This document shows positions 29,001-38,876 of a stretch of 64,000 nucleotides of DNA, piece by piece; position 1 is the stretch's first letter; the number at the start of each line of letters is the position of its first letter. Source of the stretch: Candidatus Cloacimonadales bacterium (GTDB lineage Bacteria; Cloacimonadota; Cloacimonadia; Cloacimonadales; JAFGVF01). Where the stretch lies: NCBI GenBank assembly GCA_963663475.2, contig CAXXJV010000001.1, positions 2,496,001 to 2,560,000 on the forward strand. The letters run 5' to 3'. Position numbers and translations under genes: made by a program. The notes beneath the pieces are model-generated. The model was not told where the DNA came from, made no database searches, and was given only the letters and a program-made list of their open reading frames with translations.

Positions 29001-30652
29001 TTTTAGGTCTTGTAGTTTTAGATGGTGTAACCTTTAACAACTTTAATAAAGGAATAAATATTGTGAGTTTTAATAATTCACCCTCATATTTTGAAAATAT
29101 AGTGATTGCTGATTGTGAATTTAACAATTGCGATAGTGGAATATTGCTCACCGATTCACCTTCTTTTGGACAAATCAATATAAACACAACTGCATTTAAC
29201 AATATTGATGATGAAGGAATTGGAGTATATATATTCAATACTAATACAAGCGTCAATATAGATAGCTGTTCATTTTCTGGTAATGGTACAGGAATATCTA
29301 CTACTGGTATATCTCCATTTATTTCTAATTCCATATTTTCTAATTTAACAGTAGGTGTTAAAGAAGAATTAACAATTTCAAATACTGTAGCTAAGATAAA
29401 AGATTGTACTTTTAGGTATTGTGATACTGGATTTGAAGGTAGAGAATCCACAACAAGATTGGAAGAGAATACTTTTCAAGAAAATATAACAGGTATCAAA
29501 TCTCTAACAAATTCAGTTTTAGATATTTCTTATAATGCTTATAATATTTTTGATAATTCGATTAGAAATTTATATTTTCCAACAGATGAACCCAATGACT
29601 ATTTAATAAAGTGTTTAAAAGGGCATAACGATTTCTACCATAGATTTTCTCCACCAAATACACTAGCAAATGATTTTGATTTTACTGTACCTATTATGAA
29701 TAGGATTGGTATAGATGCAAGTTATAATTGGTTCTCAACTTCTACAGTGAGAGTTGCACCAGCATCAATGTCTAATTATGTTTCGGTTAATGAATTCGAT
29801 CCTGTCTCAAATTCTTTTTACCCACCTTCTATAACACCCGATAGATTTTATGAAGCCCTATGTGAAGAAAATAGTGGTTATAACTTAGAAGCATATCTAA
29901 TATATAAATTAATTTTAGATGAAGCTATACCAACTGAGAGTAGTCTCTGGGCTAGTTGTGTTGATGGTATTTATAGAAACTCTTATATTATTGGTATTGA
30001 TATTTTAGAAGTTGATAGCTATATGGAAGATAAAGTAGAACAATTTTCATCTATTGATAACTCCTTATCAGAAATGATTGACAACTATATAATGAGAGTT
30101 CATTTACTTTACAAGAATTACAATGAGGTTATAACTATTCTCGAGAATAGAATTAATTGTCCAACTTCTGAAATTGACTCTCTTAGTGCTGTACTTGATT
30201 TAGAGATAGTACTAAAATTGGCTAACGCTTCGCAAGGTAAATCTGAGGTTAATACAACTTTTGCTCAATATAAATATAAGACATTTGAGAAGTTCGAAGA
30301 AGAACATGCAAAGCATTGGGACATATATAATGATATGACAAAAGATGATGAATCAGATTATAATGTTCTTCCTCCTAACAAGCTTAATCTATCTAACTAC
30401 CCAAATCCTTTTAATCCTGAAACGACTATCATGTTTGGTTTACCTGAAGATAGTGACATAGAGATAAAGATATACAATCTAAAAGGACAAGTTGTTAAAA
30501 AACTTGTAAAAGATCACTTTAAAGCAGGCTATCATGCTGTTGTTTGGAATGGTAAGAATGATAGTAATCAAAAAGTTGCTTCTGGTGTTTATCTAACAAG
30601 AATAACTTCTAAAGAGAAAACTAAAACTAAAAAGATAATGCTTATGAAATAG
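26015..30652 (+). CDS. Large secreted multidomain protein: putative GH-A-like TIM barrel, beta-helix repeats, helical region, FlgD/T9SS-type CTD
   Basis: 'HYTVDEP', 'LMIDFYP', 'LCYGVDGIIDFPFY' motifs; 'DCEFNNCDSGI/SCSFSGNGTGI' rungs; 'NYPNPFNPETTIMF...KKIMLMK'. Confidence 0.7.
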   Translation: MKRLFVTVSLAIFVLSCWSSIRDDFLIGNYGYIHPAYGETSYTRLFTLMQEANYNSSICSPVKLTQYPWGDLSTMLSKMEQCDLTPILYDNYTNYSNGVINEISPRNLSMGIYAKFEAEFDSREDNNIPESDRHIEENNDIYHYHFDIDRIGAINQAFGRRFLFCSPTTMTEDVIVDNLRHRWKNHKNGVDGDFIDNADYLPYKEAFEFSNGSDELNYIQYNKLYMTVCYKVSSDTSSALKFGLKLLNIDANDNEEWYFKEIRNTMNNDYGNVLTYTAQELNDPAITYVDTLEFSDFRKITFELELSSLLDGEINSRDNDDSRSYLYNFHSRKRLNGITPYIYWEGNHDVRIDYIEFEDDVHKQIVDGVALDALENRLNKYSSVHNHYTVDEPKFTHFDSHKLIDERLNNYNIITTNWPINFKEKKPNNTRYFHPGQFVEQAQPDDLMIDFYPLKPDANWNNIDDDNFVQFLIDWWACANYRRAKHKAEDRPFYVVPCTAGKWDNRFNIWVGYQYPTINMIKCLQYLPLCYGVDGIIDFPFYKDTTFNDNDPEDNGHRWYALVNDDDNDSIHPNGRHITPQYYAIKEANEKVYRYGNILKDLTWLDATTIKANGIQALDSEIYIIGQNQEEGEDKPLNNSIYKYFPTGGIKTSSIGNNNDRDTYNGYIHIGLFEDEYGHQKYMLVNRRTDFVEDSSGLMNTLNPDILTSRYEDQVSFFQASPQCVNFDLDYATEDFNNSFGSHVALYDPYSKEIYRPNSENVISVELKPGEGKMLEFVNYLSGDITISPLPYLDGHYVIGDTLNIDDNVSLSFSPESRVCIKDSTIINICKNAKLSLSGSVEINSTINADSLATLELLNTYKCLLGDGVKLNANNGTIIIENSSLEAITDKWGGLYSDNLANLNSCIIIKNSELKQFSNLSMHNGFLTILDDSNLYFTQRYTVLKNVTTNIHNSILNFEHNGFRYFNSNLEGNIYITNTQFNGSSNLKAIELSGSVLGLVVLDGVTFNNFNKGINIVSFNNSPSYFENIVIADCEFNNCDSGILLTDSPSFGQININTTAFNNIDDEGIGVYIFNTNTSVNIDSCSFSGNGTGISTTGISPFISNSIFSNLTVGVKEELTISNTVAKIKDCTFRYCDTGFEGRESTTRLEENTFQENITGIKSLTNSVLDISYNAYNIFDNSIRNLYFPTDEPNDYLIKCLKGHNDFYHRFSPPNTLANDFDFTVPIMNRIGIDASYNWFSTSTVRVAPASMSNYVSVNEFDPVSNSFYPPSITPDRFYEALCEENSGYNLEAYLIYKLILDEAIPTESSLWASCVDGIYRNSYIIGIDILEVDSYMEDKVEQFSSIDNSLSEMIDNYIMRVHLLYKNYNEVITILENRINCPTSEIDSLSAVLDLEIVLKLANASQGKSEVNTTFAQYKYKTFEKFEEEHAKHWDIYNDMTKDDESDYNVLPPNKLNLSNYPNPFNPETTIMFGLPEDSDIEIKIYNLKGQVVKKLVKDHFKAGYHAVVWNGKNDSNQKVASGVYLTRITSKEKTKTKKIMLMK

Positions 30653-30728
30653 TATCATATGATACCATGAACTATAGAATCCTGTTATAAGGGGTTTTAT
30701 AAGGCATGATTAATATGATAAATAAATT

Positions 30729-30754
30729 AAAGGCACGGCGCTAGTCGTGCCTTT
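30729..30754 (+). terminator. Intrinsic terminator
   Basis: AAAGGCACG-gcgctagt-CGTGCCTTT. Confidence 0.75.
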
Positions 30755-30839
30755 CTATAATTAAAACACTCTTGAGTTGATTATCCCTAGCTCGTTGATT
30801 TTTATATTTAATTAACTCAAAGTTCAGCTTAAGTGAAGA

Positions 30840-31622
30840 ATGACCATAATCTATATAGTTAAGATATTTCAGTCCGTTGATATCATAGATACGCAGATAA
30901 AATCAGCTCATGATTCTATTGCTAATCACACAGGTTTAGGCAATAACAAACACACAGCATCTCAAGTTAAGACAACTGATGGTTCTGATGTTGAAACTAA
31001 ACTAGCAACACTATTTTCAAGTAAAGCAGATAATGGTCACACTCATGATTATGCTAATTCAAGTCATGCCCATAGCACTGATAATATTAAGAATAATGAA
31101 GGCACATCACTAACCTCAATCTTAAGTCAAAATGATTCAAGGCTAGCTAGCGTAGAAAATACTCTCAAGTTCTTAGATCCTGATTTAAGCAGTGTTACTG
31201 TATCTGCTTTCATTACTAATCAAACAAGTGGTATTAGAATTATGTGTAGCGTTATGCCATTGATTAACATACACAACTGGAATATAAGAATAATAAAGGC
31301 TGGTAGAACCTTAGCTGAAGTAACTAGTGCTAGTTCTTTTTTCTTTATAGCAGAAGACTCTTTAGATGGTATTATTGATGGTGATACAGTAGATATCATA
31401 GTTACAGCTTTTTCAGGTCAGAGTAGTCAAACTACAACCTATTCTCACAAATATGAGCACATAAGTTCTAATGTTGAAGAACGACTAATAAGTATTGAAC
31501 ACCAGTTAACTATTGGTAATATTATCTTTAAAAATGGAAGCTACGCTGTCGCTACAAGGAAAAAACCTATGTCAATGTATAGTAGAGTAGAAGCTTACCT
31601 AGTTTCTTTTCCTCATTTATAA
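30840..31622 (+). pseudogene. Phage tail-fibre-like fragment
   Basis: 'NHTGLGNNKHTASQV', 'KADNGHTHDYANSSHAH' HxH tail-fibre repeats; no clear RBS; both termini look like read-through. Confidence 0.55.
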
Positions 31623-31809
31623 ATTTTAATAATTAATATAGTAGTAATGCATAGACTTTTTTGAATAAGATAATCAATATTAGCATTAATGGACTCTTGA
31701 AAATCTATTAAGTCAAAGTGATTTTATATTATCATTATGATTAATTTTCTTGCAAAATCAAATTTTGTATTTATTATAAAAGTATCATGAATATTAAATA
31801 GGAGAAAAT

Positions 31810-33180
31810 ATGAAAACAATAGTTGTAGGAATCAATCATGCAGGAACATCTGCTATAAGAACACTTATGGCCCAAAATAAAGATATGGAAATAATTGCTT
31901 ATGATAGAAATGATAACATTTCATTTTTAGGTTGTGGTATAGCCCTAACAGTCAGTGGTGTTGTAAAAGACCCAAATTCTCTCTTTTACTGCAATCCTGA
32001 AAAACTGATGGATAAAGGTGCTTCTATTAACATGAATCATGAAGTTATAGCCATAAATCCACAAGCTAAGAAAGTACAAGTAAAGAATTTAGCGACTGGG
32101 CACATTTTTGAAGAAACTTATGATAATTTAATCTATGCAGCAGGTTCTTGGCCAATAGACATTCCTGGAATTCCTGAAGAAAATGCCAATTTAGAAAATA
32201 TTGAAGTATGCAAATTATTCCAGCATGCTCAAGAATTAATTAGAAAGGCAGATGATCCTAATATCAAGCAGGTCACAATTGTTGGTTCAGGCTATATAGG
32301 TGTTGAGTTAGCTGAAGCCTATCACATCAAGGGTAAGAAAGTTACTTTGATAGATTTCGAGGATAGAATTTTACCAAGTTATTTTGATGAAGAGTTTACT
32401 AGCCAGGTTGAAGCTGATCTTAGAAAAGATGGCTTAACTTTAGCCTTGGGAGAAAAAGTTGTAGATTTTGTTGGTGAAAATGGAAAGGTAAAAAAAGTAA
32501 TAACTAATAAAGGTGAATATGAAGCTGATTTAGTAATTAAATGTATTGGTTTTAAACCTAACACTGACCTCCTTCCAAGTGCAGAAAAAACTTCTGGTGG
32601 AGCTTTAATAGTTGATAAGCATATGAGAACATCTCTTCCTAACATTTGGGCAATAGGCGATTCCGTAGCAATGTATCATGCAGCTTATGAACGCAATATG
32701 CAAGTAGCTTTAGCAACAAATGCAGTAAAATCAGGTATAGTTGCAGCATCAAATATTAATGGTAATGAAGCTGTGAAAGTTGATTCTATTGTTGGGACCA
32801 ATGCTATTCATGTTTTTGGCCACAAAATGGCATCAACAGGTATAAGCGAAGAAGCAGCTAAAAGACAGGGAATTCCTGTTGCTGTTAATTATGTTGAAGA
32901 GAATGATAGACCTGAATGGATGGAAGAATATACTACTACAAAATTCAAAATTGTGTATGAAAAAGATACACTGAGACTCTTAGGTGCCCAAGTTGCTTCT
33001 TCACACGGTGAAAGTCATACTGAAACTATTTACTATTTAGCTTTAGCTATTCAAAAAAATTTAACTTTACTTGATTTAGCATTTACAGATGTCTATTTCT
33101 TACCACACTTTAACAAGCCATTTAACTTTGTCCTTGCAGCAGTTATGGAAGCTTTAGGTTTGGACTACTATAAAGAATAA
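31810..33180 (+). CDS. nox: H2O-forming NADH oxidase (FAD-dependent pyridine nucleotide-disulfide oxidoreductase)
   Basis: 'GINHAG' FAD motif, 'SFLGCG' redox Cys, 'GSGYIG' NADH motif, 'FLPHFNKP' C-terminus. Confidence 0.88.
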   Translation: MKTIVVGINHAGTSAIRTLMAQNKDMEIIAYDRNDNISFLGCGIALTVSGVVKDPNSLFYCNPEKLMDKGASINMNHEVIAINPQAKKVQVKNLATGHIFEETYDNLIYAAGSWPIDIPGIPEENANLENIEVCKLFQHAQELIRKADDPNIKQVTIVGSGYIGVELAEAYHIKGKKVTLIDFEDRILPSYFDEEFTSQVEADLRKDGLTLALGEKVVDFVGENGKVKKVITNKGEYEADLVIKCIGFKPNTDLLPSAEKTSGGALIVDKHMRTSLPNIWAIGDSVAMYHAAYERNMQVALATNAVKSGIVAASNINGNEAVKVDSIVGTNAIHVFGHKMASTGISEEAAKRQGIPVAVNYVEENDRPEWMEEYTTTKFKIVYEKDTLRLLGAQVASSHGESHTETIYYLALAIQKNLTLLDLAFTDVYFLPHFNKPFNFVLAAVMEALGLDYYKE

Positions 33181-33216
33181 ACTTGATACCATATAATGTA
33201 ACAGACCTTTATTGAA

Positions 33217-33245
33217 GAGGGGCGGATAAATAAAATCCGCCTCTA
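33217..33245. terminator. Probable terminator between convergent nox and VOC genes
   Basis: GGCGGAT...ATCCGCC hairpin. Confidence 0.55.
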
Positions 33246-33297
33246 TAGGTTGATTAAGATTTTTACACCCACATGAGCTAGCATAATTTAAAACACC

Positions 33298-33666
33298 TTA
33301 CTTCAACTTCTCTGTTAAGGCAATCCTGTTTCCTTCAGAATCCTTAAACTCAGCTACAAAACCATATTGGCCAACAGAAGTTTTTGGATAAAGTTCTTCC
33401 CCACCATTACTGACAACCTTTTCCATGAGAGAATCAATATCTTCTGTATTAAAATAAATAAAAATGCCTGTTAGACTTGGTTTATATACTTGTCCTTGAA
33501 CTAAAGCTCCTGTAATACCGTCTTTATTTTTATCAAAGGGGAAGAAAGCCATATCTAGCTCATCAACTTTATCTCTTATAAATTCATAATCAAAAACAAT
33601 ACTGTAGAAAGAAACTGCTCTTTCTAAATCTAAAACTGGTATTTCAAAATAGCCAACTGGGTTCAT
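33298..33666 (-). CDS. VOC/glyoxalase family protein
   Basis: 'VGYFEIPVLDLERAVSFYSIVF...FKDSEGNRIAL'. Confidence 0.9.
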   Translation of the reverse strand: MNPVGYFEIPVLDLERAVSFYSIVFDYEFIRDKVDELDMAFFPFDKNKDGITGALVQGQVYKPSLTGIFIYFNTEDIDSLMEKVVSNGGEELYPKTSVGQYGFVAEFKDSEGNRIALTEKLK

Positions 33667-34050
33667 ACTTCTTATCCTTCTTGAATTTTTCTAACAATAA
33701 TACTAGCTACTTTATTTGTAAAGATTTATTTACTTTCTAGCTAAGACTTTTCTTATGAGACTGTTCAACCACCAATAATAAAAACAGAAGGGTTGAAATT
33801 ATTTATCACATTTCCTACTCTACCTTGGAGAGAGCCCTATTTAACCCAGATAGTGTAGTAGAGCTTTAGTAAAGAGTGCAGATTATTCTAGCAAAATAGC
33901 TTACAGAATTTTGACGCATATATTTTATATATTCGGAGAAATTATGGAAGTTACTTTTGCAGAAGAATATAGTGCTGTTCACAAAGGTCTACTGCATTAT
34001 TGGGTTTAATTTCTCAAAAATTAATGAGAAAAAACTATATTCTCCTCTAT

Positions 34051-34131
34051 TCATCCTTAATCCTTCCTTTACAGTCTTTCGATGAAACTGGGACTTTCAT
34101 CGAAAGACTGTAAAGGAAGGATTAGGGATGA
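34051..34131. repeat. Long palindrome: 37-bp arms (36/37 match), 7-nt loop
   Basis: TCATCCTTAATCCTTCCTTTACAGTCTTTCGATGAAA-ctgggac-TTTCATCGAAAGACTGTAAAGGAAGGATTAGGGATGA. Confidence 0.95.
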
Positions 34132-34422
34132 TAAGGGTATTAATAAGACCGATCTTCCTCAAACCTAGGTAAGGTACATCGGGTGAGAAAAAATAATAAT
34201 TTCGTCCTTACAGGGTTAAGATAAAGCTTTGGCGAATATATACAGGGTCTAAAGAAGCCTGCCTATTAAATGACATCACTTAGGGATATCAGAGGTCTTA
34301 TTCTGCTTAAGCCAGGTAGAATTTAACCCTCTTATTGTCTTCTAATAAAGTTAATTCAAATTTTCCTTGCCAAATATTCGTGATAATTTTATCTAAACAC
34401 AAATTAATATTTGGAGAAATAA

Positions 34423-35136
34423 ATGATAGCCTTAGGTGTTAATATTGATCATATTGCTACAATCCGACAAGCCAGAAGAGGTATTGAACCAGACCCAGTT
34501 CATGGAGCTTATATTGCTGAACTTAATGGAGCAGACCAAATTACTGTTCATCTAAGAGAGGATAGACGTCATATCCAGTTTAGGGATGTACAAATATTAC
34601 GGGAAAGTGTTCAAACTAAATTAAACTTAGAGATGGCACCTATAGCAGAAATGGTAACTATAGCAAAGCAAATTAAGCCAGACACAGTTACTTTAGTTCC
34701 TGAAAAGAGAGAGGAAATTACAACTGAGGGAGGCTTATTAATAACTAATGAAGTTAAAGAAGTTATTGGTCAGCTTAAAGAAGCTAACATTGAGGTCAGT
34801 CTTTTTATTGAAGCAGATCTTGATATGATTAAGTTAGCTGGAAAATATGGTGCTGATGCTGTTGAACTTCATACTGGTAAATATGCTGAGAAATTCCAAG
34901 AAGACAATTATGAAGAAGAGCTTAAAAGGCTACTAAAAGGTGCGAAAGCTATTAAATCAGCTGGTATGAGAGTAGTTGCAGGTCATGGATTAAACTATAA
35001 AAACATTTATCCCTTATTAGAATTAGACATTTTTACTGAATATAATATTGGTCATTCAATTATTTCTAGATCTGTATTTACAGGTTTAGCTGAAGCAGTT
35101 AATCAAATGAAAAGAATAATAAATAATAAATATTAA
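34423..35136 (+). CDS. pdxJ: Pyridoxine 5'-phosphate synthase
   Basis: 'LGVNIDHIATIRQAR', 'ITVHLREDRRHI', 'AGHGLNY', 'NIGHSII'. Confidence 0.97.
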   Translation: MIALGVNIDHIATIRQARRGIEPDPVHGAYIAELNGADQITVHLREDRRHIQFRDVQILRESVQTKLNLEMAPIAEMVTIAKQIKPDTVTLVPEKREEITTEGGLLITNEVKEVIGQLKEANIEVSLFIEADLDMIKLAGKYGADAVELHTGKYAEKFQEDNYEEELKRLLKGAKAIKSAGMRVVAGHGLNYKNIYPLLELDIFTEYNIGHSIISRSVFTGLAEAVNQMKRIINNKY

Positions 35137-35154
35137 AAGAATGGAGGAAGTAAA

Positions 35155-36342
35155 ATGTTCAAACAGATGAAAACAGATTTACAGAATTTATTTGTTGAGT
35201 TGAAAGAACAAGGTTTATACAAAGAAGAGAGAATCATAGCATCTCCTCAAGGTGGATCTATCAAATTAGCAGATGGCCAAGAAGTTTTGAACTTTTGTGC
35301 TAACAATTATTTAGGTTTAGCTAATCATCCTGAAGTAGTTACTGCATCACAAGAAATCATGAACCAAAGAGGCTATGGCTTATCTTCAGTCAGATTTATC
35401 TGTGGTACTCAAGATATCCATAAGCAACTAGAAGCTAAAGTTTCTGAATTTTTAGGAACTGAAGATACTATTCTATATGTTGCAGCTTTTGATGCTAATG
35501 GTGGTATTTTTGAACCCCTTCTTGATGAGTCATGTGCAATCATCTCAGATGAACTAAACCACGCCTCAATTATTGATGGAGTTAGACTTTGTAAAGCTAA
35601 AAGATATAGATATAAACATTCTAATATGGAAGAGTTAGAAGCAAGATTGATTGAAGCCCAAGATGCTAAATATAGATTAATCTGTACTGACGGTGTCTTC
35701 TCAATGGATGGTGATATTGCTAAATTAAAAGAGATCTGTGACTTAGCAGATAAATATGATTCTTTAGTAATGGTTGATGACTCACATGCTACAGGTTATA
35801 TTGGTAAAGGTGGCAGAGGAACTCACTATGCTTGTGGTGTAGAAGGTAGAGTTGATATCATTACAACAACTTTTGGTAAAGCCTTAGGCGGTGCTAATGG
35901 TGGTTGTACTTCAGGTAGAAAAGAAATTATTGATTTGTTAAGACAAAGATCACGTCCTTATCTTTTCTCAAACACTGTAAGTCCATCAGTTGTTGGTGGA
36001 ACCCTTAAAGTTCTTGAACTACTTGAAAAAGACCCTTCTATTATTCAAAAAACATGGGATAATGCGAATTATTTCAGGAACAAAATGATTGAAGCTGGTT
36101 TTGATATTGTTAAAGGTGATACTGCTATTGTTCCTGTCATGCTTTATGATGCACCTAAAGCAGTAGAAATGGCTAACAGACTTTTAGCTAAAGGTATCTA
36201 TGTAATTGGATTTGTTTATCCTGTAGTTCCTAAAGGCAAAGCAAGAATTAGAGTACAATTATCTGCAGCTCATACTCAAGAAATGCTAGATAAAGCTATC
36301 AATGCCTTTATCGAAATTGGCAAAGAAATGGAAATTATTTAA
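35155..36342 (+). CDS. kbl: Glycine C-acetyltransferase (2-amino-3-ketobutyrate CoA ligase)
   Basis: '[10 protein letters not shown]', '[12 protein letters not shown]', '[12 protein letters not shown]', '[11 protein letters not shown]'. Confidence 0.95.
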   Translation: MFKQMKTDLQNLFVELKEQGLYKEERIIASPQGGSIKLADGQEVLNFCANNYLGLANHPEVVTASQEIMNQRGYGLSSVRFICGTQDIHKQLEAKVSEFLGTEDTILYVAAFDANGGIFEPLLDESCAIISDELNHASIIDGVRLCKAKRYRYKHSNMEELEARLIEAQDAKYRLICTDGVFSMDGDIAKLKEICDLADKYDSLVMVDDSHATGYIGKGGRGTHYACGVEGRVDIITTTFGKALGGANGGCTSGRKEIIDLLRQRSRPYLFSNTVSPSVVGGTLKVLELLEKDPSIIQKTWDNANYFRNKMIEAGFDIVKGDTAIVPVMLYDAPKAVEMANRLLAKGIYVIGFVYPVVPKGKARIRVQLSAAHTQEMLDKAINAFIEIGKEMEII

Positions 36343-36401
36343 AATATAGATTATCTACGCTGAGATTCTAGTGAATTTCAGCGTATTTTCTTAGGGAGAT
36401 T

Positions 36402-37223
36402 ATGTTATATATTGTACCAACACCTATTGGCAACCTAGAAGATATCACACTTAGAGCAATTCGAATATTAAAAGAAGTTGACCTCATAGCCTGTGAAGAT
36501 ACTCGTACTTCTAAAAAACTATTACAACATTTTGAGATAAAAACACCAACTATCAGCTACCATAAGTTTAACGAAAAACAAAGATCACAAGAATTGATTT
36601 CTAAACTTATCCAAGGTAAAAATATAGCAATTATTTCTGATGCTGGTAGCCCTGGTATCTCAGACCCTTCTTCCTATATCATTAAAGATGCAATAGAAAA
36701 TAATGTTGATATCGATGTCTTACCTGGACCTACTGCAGCTATTCCTGCCCTTGTTATCTCTGGACTAAGCACTGATTCTTTTGCTTTCTATGGCTTTTTA
36801 CCAGATAAACAAAAAGATAAAACTATCCTGTTCTCTAAGATAAGAGAGATCTCTAGCAGTCTATTATTCTATGTCTCGCCCCATAGTTTAGAAAGATCTT
36901 TACACGACTTTCATGATAATTTAGGTGATAGAAATATTGCAATTGTTAGAGAAATTAGTAAATTATATCAGACTGTTTACAGGGGTAAGCTTAGTTATTT
37001 TATTAATAACTTCTCTGAAATCACTCTTAAGGGTGAATTTGTTCTGGTGATTGAGGGATATAAAGAAAGGGACATGTCAGATACTGAAATACTAGTTGAA
37101 GCAAAAAAACTTCTTGCAGAAGGTTATTCTTTAAGTAAAATAGCCAAAGAAATAAGTAAAGAATGGGCTGTAAAAAAGAATCAAGTTTATCAACTTCTTT
37201 TAGATAATAATTTTGATAAATAA
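36402..37223 (+). CDS. rsmI: 16S rRNA (cytidine1402-2'-O)-methyltransferase
   Basis: 'LYIVPTPIGNLEDITLRA', 'CEDTRTS', 'SDAGSPGISDP', 'KGEFVLVI'. Confidence 0.95.
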   Translation: MLYIVPTPIGNLEDITLRAIRILKEVDLIACEDTRTSKKLLQHFEIKTPTISYHKFNEKQRSQELISKLIQGKNIAIISDAGSPGISDPSSYIIKDAIENNVDIDVLPGPTAAIPALVISGLSTDSFAFYGFLPDKQKDKTILFSKIREISSSLLFYVSPHSLERSLHDFHDNLGDRNIAIVREISKLYQTVYRGKLSYFINNFSEITLKGEFVLVIEGYKERDMSDTEILVEAKKLLAEGYSLSKIAKEISKEWAVKKNQVYQLLLDNNFDK

Positions 37224-37320
37224 AGACCACTTAAAGTAAATAATTTCATTCCTGAGGAGTCATACCTTCAGTGATAAAATTCACGTAAGAGTATGCTCCA
37301 GAGGATTTGCTTATTGTCTT

Positions 37321-38520
37321 TTATTGTAATTTTTTAATCTCGCCAGCCTTTTTAAGTCCATATTTAGCAGAAGCTGGACCAGCTAACATGATTAAAAATG
37401 TTGTGCCAACCATAATACTAACAAGCTGTTGTGCCTCAGCTTTATAGTTAGCATTTATTAGATAATGGGCTGTAGCCAAGGTAAGTCCAATGGCCACACC
37501 TGCTTGTGATAAAAGAGTGAAACCTAAATACTTAGTAGTTAACTTTGGTGCTTTGGAGATTTTGCAACCTAAGAAAGCTCCGCTCCACTTACCAAATGTT
37601 CTGGTAAGAATATAAATTACAATCATAACCCAATTGGCATATATCATATGAAAGTCAAGTTTTGTACCAATTAGAACAAAGAATATAACGTAGATGGGAG
37701 GTGACCAGATACTAAGAGAAGTGTTTAACTTTCTTGAGAGTAAACTGCTTCTATTAACAAGAACTATACCCACACACATATTTAAAAGGATTGGAGATAT
37801 TTCTAAACCAATTGCTATTGAACAATTTAAAAAAAGCATTCCTAAAGCAAAAAGCAACATAATAATGTTATCATGAATTTTCTTAACTATCCAGACAATG
37901 AAGAAGCCAGATGCAATACCAATTGAGATAGCTAAAATAAGTTCAATTCCAGCTTTTAAGAGAGCTTGAGAAACTGTTATTTCATGAGAACCAAGCAGAA
38001 TAATTGCAATTGGAATGGCTACAGAATAGATCAATAGGGCATAAATATCATCTAATCCCATAACAGCATAAAGAGTTTTTGTTAAATTTCCTGAAGCTTT
38101 ATATTGATTAATCACATCAGTTGTACCTGCAGGTGCAGTTGCACTTGCTAAAGCTCCATAAATGATTCCCAGGGATATATTTTGAGTTACTAGATAAACT
38201 ATTGCACCTACAACTAAAAATGTCATAGTAGCCTCAAATATCACAATAATTATTATCCCAGAGCCAAGTTTTTTAAGATCTTTTAGTTTTAGCTCAGTTC
38301 CAATTCCTAAACCTAAAAGAGAAAGAGTTATTGAATTTATTAAATCAAATGTGTCATATTCAACATCAATTCCAAAAAGATAAATAGCTTGTCCTATTAC
38401 TGCACCAGCAAGGATATATCCTAAAACCATGGGTGCATGGAATAAAGATACTCCTTTAGCCATAAGAATGGACATTAATATTGAAACACCTAAAAAACCT
38501 AAAAATAAATACTGTTCCAT
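37321..38520 (-). CDS. Cation:proton antiporter (CPA2/Kef-like), copy B
   Basis: Polytopic membrane protein; 'ASATAPAGT', 'GLDD', 'SQAGVAIGL'. Confidence 0.88.
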   Translation of the reverse strand: MEQYLFLGFLGVSILMSILMAKGVSLFHAPMVLGYILAGAVIGQAIYLFGIDVEYDTFDLINSITLSLLGLGIGTELKLKDLKKLGSGIIIIVIFEATMTFLVVGAIVYLVTQNISLGIIYGALASATAPAGTTDVINQYKASGNLTKTLYAVMGLDDIYALLIYSVAIPIAIILLGSHEITVSQALLKAGIELILAISIGIASGFFIVWIVKKIHDNIIMLLFALGMLFLNCSIAIGLEISPILLNMCVGIVLVNRSSLLSRKLNTSLSIWSPPIYVIFFVLIGTKLDFHMIYANWVMIVIYILTRTFGKWSGAFLGCKISKAPKLTTKYLGFTLLSQAGVAIGLTLATAHYLINANYKAEAQQLVSIMVGTTFLIMLAGPASAKYGLKKAGEIKKLQ

Positions 38521-38526
38521 AGTTTT

Positions 38527-38844
38527 TTACCCGTAAATCTTATGAGAGTTGATTAAAATAATCTTACCTAACTCTTCTCCAATAATGTCAATACCTGCAT
38601 GTTTTAATTCTTCAATAATAAACTCTACCTGTTCTTCATCTGCAAAACCCATAATTACTTTACCGTAGTCTCTTTGTGTTCCATAAGTATCTCTAAAAGA
38701 TGCAAAAAGAGGATTATCAAATATTAATTTATGTCCAGTAGCTTCACCAGAAAGAACTATGGTGTCTTCCACTCCTGCTTCAGCAATTGCCATCAAAACA
38801 TCAGATATATACTTTTCATAGAAAAGTTGAAATATCATGTACAT
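38527..38844 (-). CDS. PII-like small protein
   Basis: 105 aa; 'DVLMAIAEAGVEDTIVLSGEATG...PLFASFR...GKVIM...GKIILI' ferredoxin/PII-like pattern. Confidence 0.55.
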   Translation of the reverse strand: MYMIFQLFYEKYISDVLMAIAEAGVEDTIVLSGEATGHKLIFDNPLFASFRDTYGTQRDYGKVIMGFADEEQVEFIIEELKHAGIDIIGEELGKIILINSHKIYG

Positions 38845-38876
38845 ATCTACTCCTATATAGTCATTGTTATTTGTTG

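Larger units (their letters stand above)
20480..31622. mobile_element. Decayed prophage-like accessory island (boundaries approximate)
   Basis: Repeat-rich left boundary, cI-like/Cro-like divergent pair, tail-fibre-like fragment at the right. No integrase, transposase, capsid or terminase is recognisable. Confidence 0.55.

Noticed and set aside
30652-30665. 14-bp perfect palindrome GTATCATATGATAC at the stop of the 1545-aa gene
   Set aside because: Single short AT-rich palindrome; could be chance.
33720-34010. Possible decayed gene ending in MEVTFAEEYSAVHKGLLHYWV
   Set aside because: Too short and fragmented to assign without a search.
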